From assembly GCF_000018305.1 (NCBI RefSeq), contig NC_009954.1, forward strand, positions 930,001 through 962,000: 32,000 bases of DNA, written 5' to 3'. The notes below the pieces were generated by a model. It was not told the DNA's origin. It made no database searches and was given only the letters and a program-made list of their open reading frames with translations. The stretch is from Caldivirga maquilingensis IC-167 (GTDB taxonomy: Archaea > Thermoproteota > Thermoprotei > Thermoproteales > Thermocladiaceae). Of the stretch, positions 26,788-32,000 are shown piece after piece; the stretch's first letter is position 1, and each line of letters opens with the position of its first letter. Made by a program: the position numbers and the translations under genes.

Positions 26788-27465
26788 ATGCAATACTCAG
26801 ACCTAGATAAGATACTTTACTCAATTAGGGTTGCGATAACCTTAACAATACCTGACCTGCTTGCTATAATATCGGCATCAGTGGTTTTAGGCCTATTAAC
26901 CGGCATATACGCTAAGGCTGGTTCAATAGACTTCATAACAATGGTAATATACGCAGCCTTCATGCTTGCAACAAGCCTGTGGCCATCATTAATAATAGCC
27001 CTAACCTACACCCCCGTAATACTACTAATATACAGGGGGTTCAGTGAATTAGATGCTGCAGTTAAATTAAAGTGGGGGAGGATTGGCTCACTCATACTCA
27101 CTGCCGCCTACCTACTGTGGGTGCTTAACTCAATCCTGGTTACTGTAACTCAGCCCATCTTTCAACCGATAGCCTCAATAGAGTCGCTTATTAACCGTAT
27201 ACCGAGGGGTTCATTCCTAGTCATTATGCCGGTCTACGTTTCTGTAATAATGGCTGCAGCCATGGTTGCTGGTGTAGTAGGCGTATTAATGTGCTCTTAT
27301 TCACTAATTAAGGTGGGTAGACTAATTGGTAGTGCTAAAACAGTGAGGAATGCCTCAATAATAATAACAATCAGTATTGTGGTTGGGATAATGCCCATGG
27401 TGGGTGTTATACTGTTGATAATAGGATTATATTTAATGCTACGTGGACTTAAGGTAATGATCTAA
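26788..27465 (+). CDS. polytopic membrane protein, unknown family
   Basis: 225 aa with ~6 TM helices. TATA-like TTTTAAAAG lies ~26 nt upstream inside the inverted repeat TAAGTGT/ACACTTA (26755-26781). Confidence 0.5.
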   Translation: MQYSDLDKILYSIRVAITLTIPDLLAIISASVVLGLLTGIYAKAGSIDFITMVIYAAFMLATSLWPSLIIALTYTPVILLIYRGFSELDAAVKLKWGRIGSLILTAAYLLWVLNSILVTVTQPIFQPIASIESLINRIPRGSFLVIMPVYVSVIMAAAMVAGVVGVLMCSYSLIKVGRLIGSAKTVRNASIIITISIVVGIMPMVGVILLIIGLYLMLRGLKVMI

Positions 27466-28511
27466 GGCACTAAAACCTGCCTAGCGGTTACCCTCGCATA
27501 CCTGAGGTTGTCAAGTGCCTCATTAGCCTCCTCAAGCCTCATTACCTTAGTAACAAGGGGCCTTATCTTACCACTGTCAGCAAGCCTCATGACACTCATG
27601 AAGTCACTTAGGTTACCTGTTAAACTACCCATTATTTGAATCTCCCTTTGCGTAATATAGGGTGCGTGGTAAGTTAAGTCACCACCATATAGGCCTAGGA
27701 TAATGTACCTGCCCAGTTTATCTAATGCATCAATATACGTGCCTAAGGTTTCATTAGAACCCACTGTATCAACAATGACATTAACCCCCCTACCGCCTGT
27801 AATTTTCCTAACCTCTTCAACAACATTACCCCTACCGTTAATTACGTAATCAGCCCCAGCTCGCTCAATCTCCTTAAGCGCCTCATCCCTAACATCAATA
27901 CCAATGACTATAGCCCCCATTACCTTAGCTATCTGAATAGCCATGGTTCCCAACCCACCACCAGCACCTATTACTGCAACATACTCAGACGGCTTAACCT
28001 GAGCCTTCCTAACCAGGGCCCTATAGGGTGTTAAGCCAGCGCAGGGTAATGGGGATGCGTTAACGGTGTCAAGGTTCCTTAACACGTAAAGGTACCTATA
28101 GTGCGGTATTAGCACGTACTCAGCGAAGCCACCATCAATGTTCTCACCAATCTTAATCGGGTGCTCGCACAACTGCTCCTCACCCAGTTTACAGTAGTGG
28201 CAGGTTCCATCACCTATCCATGGGTCAACAGCAACCCTATCCCCCTCCTTAACCCCCTCCACATCATCCCCAACAGCAGCCACAGTACCGGCTATCTCAT
28301 GACCAGGGGTTACTGGTATTCTTAAACCAAGGGCCTTCACATCAATCCTACCAAACCTACCATCCACGAAGTGAACAACACTATGGCATACACCAGCACC
28401 CTCAACCTTAATTAAAACCTCAGTACCCTTAGGTTTAGGTATTGGAACCTCCTGGAGTTTAAGAGGCTTACCAAACTCCACAAGCCTCATTGCACGCATA
28501 AAATCAGGCAT
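27462..28511 (-). CDS. zinc-dependent alcohol dehydrogenase (MDR superfamily)
   Basis: GVCHSVVH, GHEIAGTV, structural-Zn loop GTCHYCKLGEEQLC and NAD-binding motif GAGGGLGTMAIQIAK. Confidence 0.85.
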   Translation of the reverse strand: MPDFMRAMRLVEFGKPLKLQEVPIPKPKGTEVLIKVEGAGVCHSVVHFVDGRFGRIDVKALGLRIPVTPGHEIAGTVAAVGDDVEGVKEGDRVAVDPWIGDGTCHYCKLGEEQLCEHPIKIGENIDGGFAEYVLIPHYRYLYVLRNLDTVNASPLPCAGLTPYRALVRKAQVKPSEYVAVIGAGGGLGTMAIQIAKVMGAIVIGIDVRDEALKEIERAGADYVINGRGNVVEEVRKITGGRGVNVIVDTVGSNETLGTYIDALDKLGRYIILGLYGGDLTYHAPYITQREIQIMGSLTGNLSDFMSVMRLADSGKIRPLVTKVMRLEEANEALDNLRYARVTARQVLVP

Positions 28512-28674
28512 ACTAGTAATAGGGTATTACATTTAAAAGCATTAATTACTAACTAGTATCAATATGTTTAAACATAATCTTAATGCTGGATAACGTAAAA
28601 GGCTATGAATCATCCTTAAGTGAAGTATAGGTTTAGTTTTAGTGTTCATAATCACATTAAGTTAACCGTGGCAT

Positions 28675-31668
28675 TCACCTGCGTTTAAGTAGTGTTATCT
28701 TGGCTTCACTAAGACCGAACGGTCTTAACACGTAGTCATCAGTCCAATCACTGCCAATGACCATGAATGATTCAGGCCTTACATACGTTAAATCACCCTT
28801 ATCATGTAATGGACCCAGTACATTACCCAACGTACCCACTAGGGTTACCTTAATCTTATTTTCACCAGGCCTTATGAAGCGTGTTATGTTGATTTCACCG
28901 GTACTGTTTATTAGGAATCCGGCGTCTGAATCGTTTATACTGACAAGGGCTAATGCAGCATTGAATCTTAAAATCAAGTGAGCATCATCGAACTGGTCAG
29001 GTATTCTAAAGCTCCTCGTTAACTCAACTGAACCGCCGTAAAATGGGTAGCCTTGTCTCGTTAAATCACCTAACTTAACTGTTTCTGGTTCCCACCCTGA
29101 TAATGATGATTGAGCCCTTGGCCTTAACTCGACTGTGAAGTCGCCGAGGATGTATATTGGGTTAATAGTATATGGCTCTAAGCCAACCCTACCACTAATA
29201 ACAATTTCATTAACCCCCTCCTTAATTAATTCTGATATATCATACATCTTGAAGTTCCAGTCAAGCCATTGACCAATGGGCTTACTTAAATCAATGCCGG
29301 TACCATTAACTGAGACCGCGTTTAATAATTCAGTACCCTCAATAACTAATTTAACAATACCCTTAGGTTTACTTAATACGTTAAATGTGAATTTAAGAGT
29401 GTACCTGGAGCCAAAGCCCATGTTGATAAGTTCGCTTGCAATCCTTGGGATCGGCATTAATCCACTCCATGAACCATCACTACGCATTAACATTGCATAA
29501 TCCAGAACTAGTACATTTGGGTTGAGTCTATGTATAACCCAGCCATCACTTAACTCAATCTCGCTAACCTTAACATAGTTAATACTCTGCTCAATTATTG
29601 GTTTACCTGGTTTAAGTATGAGTAGTTTTGAATCAACTGGGTTAAGGTTAACCCTAATCCACGTCCACCTATCCCTTAATGAGGCTGGGTAGTCACTGAT
29701 ACTGCCTTTTAACGGATCCCATTCCTCAACCTTAAATGAACCCTTTAAACCAACCTCAACCTCATGCCCCTTAACCCTACTTGTATTAACAATGAATACA
29801 ACTAATGAATCCCCAATCTCCCTAACATGCGTCAGTACATCACCATCACTGTCACTTGGACTATTAACAATAATACTCCTCTCAACGCTGGCTAAGGCTT
29901 CATTAAGCTTACCCACATCATCAATAACCTTAACTCTACTGAGGAATTCATTAATACTAGGCGTCTCCACGCCATCAATCATTGCTGGGAGTGGTTTAAT
30001 GGCTATTACTAATCCACCATTATTAATAAAATCACTGAGGAGTTTAATTGTGCTTGAGGCTAGTGTTATGCTTGGAGGTATCACAACCACCCTATACCCC
30101 ACCCTACCCACCTTGAGTAAACTACCTTCAACTGCAGCATGCTTAGCCATTATTAACTCATCACCAAGCTCGAAATCCACATGCATTCTCGTGAACTCCC
30201 TAAGAATCCTCATGAATGATTCATTAATAGCAGCAGCCTCAGACTCATTAACCGGCGTGTAGGTTGCCCAAACACTGCCAATTGGGTGTAGGATTAATAC
30301 ATCCACTAACCTAACCCCCTGTGATAGTACGTAACTAAGCCTAGCGAAGTAATCCTCAATAATCCTATTATACCGCCACCATGGTTGACTCCAATGTATT
30401 GTTAAACCGTAATCATGCTTCCTCCTACCCCTCAGGGAGTAGGGGATTAGGTGGTGGTTGAGTAGGTTAATGCCTAGGGCGTATAGGAAGTCCCCAATCC
30501 ACTTCCTATCCTCGAATGTTGGGTGATGCCCAGTGGCACCGTAGGTTTCACTGAGAACCCTCCCCTTACCCAATTGATCAGCAACACTAGCCACCTGTTT
30601 AGCCGTTAGGAGCATATCCCATATCCTTAAGCCTAAGTGATCCATGCCGGGAATATGCATGTACTCGTAGTGAGGCATAACAGCACCAACGGTTAATTGG
30701 GAGAGGAGTGTATCCTCACCAAGGTAATGACCAGTGAACCTTAAACCATTAGCATCACACCACTGGTAAATCCTCCTACTATAAGACTCAACGAAAAGCA
30801 TGGTCACAGTCCTCCAGTAATCATACCTAGTCTTAGTGAAGGAACCCATGTTGAAGAATAATTCAGGTAACTTATCAACAATATCATAACCATTAACCCC
30901 CTTAAAATAATCAGGGAAATTACTCGTCCAGGGTATTGCGTATGTTGAGTATAGTGAATGCCTTAGGGGTACTTGCCTCCTCGGTGGTCTTGATTCATTT
31001 AAATTGGGTTCATCTGTGAATATGCCGGGCACTACGTTACCTATATGTTCCTTAAGCTCCCTAACGTATGGTTCATAGGCAGTTCTTATGAATTCATCAG
31101 TGACCCTTGGATTAAGTAGATCAACGTAATTGAATCCATTAAACCTAAAGTTACTTGATGGCGCGGTGTACTCAATGAAGTTTAAGTAAATGTAACCATC
31201 CAACGCCTCACTACTACTAACCCTAACACAATCACTGGGCAATAAGTCATTACTCAAACTGCACCTGAACGACGCCACTGTTTCAGGGCCCACTAGAGCC
31301 ATGTTGTGTATGAACAGTATAAGGGCCTTAGCCCTATACTCAGGTCCGAGGGCTGGTACATGACCACCGGCGAAGCCTGAGGGCCACCTATCCTCATCGT
31401 AAAGCCAAACCTTGACCCCAATCCTAGCAGCCTCCTCAACAACGGCCTTAAGTGCCTTAAACCATTCATTGCTTAGGAATGGTGTTAGTAAACCCTCCCT
31501 AGCATGAAAAAACACACCACCAAAGCCAGCATCCTTAATCAACCTAATCTGCCTAATCAACTCATCAACATTAAGCCTATCATTAATAGACCAAAAAGGA
31601 ACACCCCTAAACTCAATGGATGGGTTAATGAAATACTCGACACTTAGTTCATTAGGCATTGAGAGCAA
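28675..31668 (-). CDS. large glycoside-hydrolase-like protein, family unassigned
   Basis: The N-terminal region PFWSINDRLNVDELIRQIRLIKDAGFGGVFFHAREGL..EWF...VWLYDEDRWPSGFAGG is a pattern I associate with uncharacterised bacterial 'glycosyl hydrolase' TIM barrels. The C-terminal half is beta-sandwich-like (YPFYGGSVELTRSFRIP...VSINDSDAG). The likely start is the ATG at 31659 (MPNELS), ~24 nt from a minus-strand TATATTT. Confidence 0.6.
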   Translation of the reverse strand: MLSMPNELSVEYFINPSIEFRGVPFWSINDRLNVDELIRQIRLIKDAGFGGVFFHAREGLLTPFLSNEWFKALKAVVEEAARIGVKVWLYDEDRWPSGFAGGHVPALGPEYRAKALILFIHNMALVGPETVASFRCSLSNDLLPSDCVRVSSSEALDGYIYLNFIEYTAPSSNFRFNGFNYVDLLNPRVTDEFIRTAYEPYVRELKEHIGNVVPGIFTDEPNLNESRPPRRQVPLRHSLYSTYAIPWTSNFPDYFKGVNGYDIVDKLPELFFNMGSFTKTRYDYWRTVTMLFVESYSRRIYQWCDANGLRFTGHYLGEDTLLSQLTVGAVMPHYEYMHIPGMDHLGLRIWDMLLTAKQVASVADQLGKGRVLSETYGATGHHPTFEDRKWIGDFLYALGINLLNHHLIPYSLRGRRKHDYGLTIHWSQPWWRYNRIIEDYFARLSYVLSQGVRLVDVLILHPIGSVWATYTPVNESEAAAINESFMRILREFTRMHVDFELGDELIMAKHAAVEGSLLKVGRVGYRVVVIPPSITLASSTIKLLSDFINNGGLVIAIKPLPAMIDGVETPSINEFLSRVKVIDDVGKLNEALASVERSIIVNSPSDSDGDVLTHVREIGDSLVVFIVNTSRVKGHEVEVGLKGSFKVEEWDPLKGSISDYPASLRDRWTWIRVNLNPVDSKLLILKPGKPIIEQSINYVKVSEIELSDGWVIHRLNPNVLVLDYAMLMRSDGSWSGLMPIPRIASELINMGFGSRYTLKFTFNVLSKPKGIVKLVIEGTELLNAVSVNGTGIDLSKPIGQWLDWNFKMYDISELIKEGVNEIVISGRVGLEPYTINPIYILGDFTVELRPRAQSSLSGWEPETVKLGDLTRQGYPFYGGSVELTRSFRIPDQFDDAHLILRFNAALALVSINDSDAGFLINSTGEINITRFIRPGENKIKVTLVGTLGNVLGPLHDKGDLTYVRPESFMVIGSDWTDDYVLRPFGLSEAKITLLKRR

Positions 31669-31811
31669 GGATCCGTGAAATATAAGTCACTTACTGTTAT
31701 CAGTATTAAATTAAAAGTTAACTCGATTATACACTGGTGATTGCAAGCGATACTGAATACTGTACATAGTTTGAATGCATGTTTAAAAGACTGTTAAATT
31801 ATAAATTATAT

Positions 31812-32000
31812 GTGAGGCCCTTAATTACTATCACAACAGCGGTAGTGATGGTAATAGCATTAGTTGCTGTATTCGCCTTCACTTTAATCAATCATGGGGT
31901 GAAGCATGAGGTTAATTCGCAATACACCTACATTATAATGGAGTATAAGCCCTTCTTCCCATCATACGGCACCACCAGCGAGGCTACACCTATTACTGCA
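31812..32000 (+). CDS. N-terminal fragment of a membrane-anchored (possibly solute-binding) protein, running off the window
   Basis: GTG at 31812 opens a frame that stays open to the window edge (VRPLITITTAVVMVIALVAVFAFTLINHG...). It has a single N-terminal anchor helix. TTTAAAA at 31782-31788 lies ~27 nt upstream. It is absent from the ORF track because no stop lies within the window. Confidence 0.35.
   Translation, partial: MRPLITITTAVVMVIALVAVFAFTLINHGVKHEVNSQYTYIIMEYKPFFPSYGTTSEATPITA

Noticed and set aside
28563-28574. Perfect 12-bp palindrome ATGTTTAAACAT, and the ACTAGTAAT...ATTACTAACTAGT imperfect palindrome (28512-28557), in the ADH upstream region
   Set aside because: AT-rich palindromes containing TTTAAA are intrinsic to TATA-like sequence in this genome. 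With no second occurrence or conservation data they are not distinguishable from promoter background.
2013-30262. Many 60-156-aa ORFs in the track lie antisense inside longer genes. Examples: 2013-2204, 2267-2650, 6496-6727, 7872-8105, 8958-9302, 10061-10270, 12056-12256, 14340-14633, 14842-15060, 16214-16430, 17539-17784, 19943-20362, 21018-21254, 21497-21712, 24859-25216, 25837-26154, 28757-28981, 29276-29500, 29792-30262.
   Set aside because: Each is fully or largely embedded opposite an ORF with clear family motifs. Their products are low-complexity L/S/T/I-rich strings with no motifs. Such shadow ORFs are expected from the codon bias of this moderately AT-rich genome.
1-32000. CRISPR arrays, rRNA genes, integrase or attachment-site signatures, toxin-antitoxin pairs and recognisable defence-system genes
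   Set aside because: No regularly spaced direct repeats were seen. No long GC-rich structured RNA other than the tRNA was seen. No integrase/recombinase or Cas-like motifs appear in any ORF.

Overview
This window looks like a chromosomal segment from a hyperthermophilic crenarchaeon, probably Thermoproteales-like. That is an inference from gene content: aIF5A, TIP49/RuvB-like, L34e-like plus archaeal-type cmk, an archaeal uS3, an intron-containing tRNA, and TATA boxes about 25-30 nt upstream of start codons, which suggests mostly leaderless mRNAs. Coding density is high and most genes are housekeeping or carbohydrate-related. They include tyrS, aIF5A, cmk, uS3, a fused-permease ABC importer, a GH35 glycosidase, a 997-aa unassigned glycosidase-like protein, a DegT-type aminotransferase, two amidohydrolase paralogues, a Zn-ADH and a Gfo/Idh/MocA oxidoreductase. 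I found no CRISPR array, rRNA gene or recognisable defence island. The RNA and mobile content is one tRNA-Pro(UGG) with a ~48-nt intron and one decayed stand-alone TnpB (IS605 OrfB-type) element that keeps a terminal hairpin. The best candidate for an under-described system is a six-gene MoxR AAA+/DUF58 module (21510-27465) whose other four members are polytopic or anchored membrane proteins I cannot assign to a family. Its novelty cannot be shown from sequence alone. Smaller oddities are catalytic-motif substitutions (TIP49 Walker B DDAH, an alpha/beta-hydrolase fold without its triad, an amidohydrolase paralogue without metal ligands), a miniaturised L34e-like protein, an orphan uS3 gene and a recurring intergenic motif. 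All family calls rest on motifs I read by eye; no database search was run.
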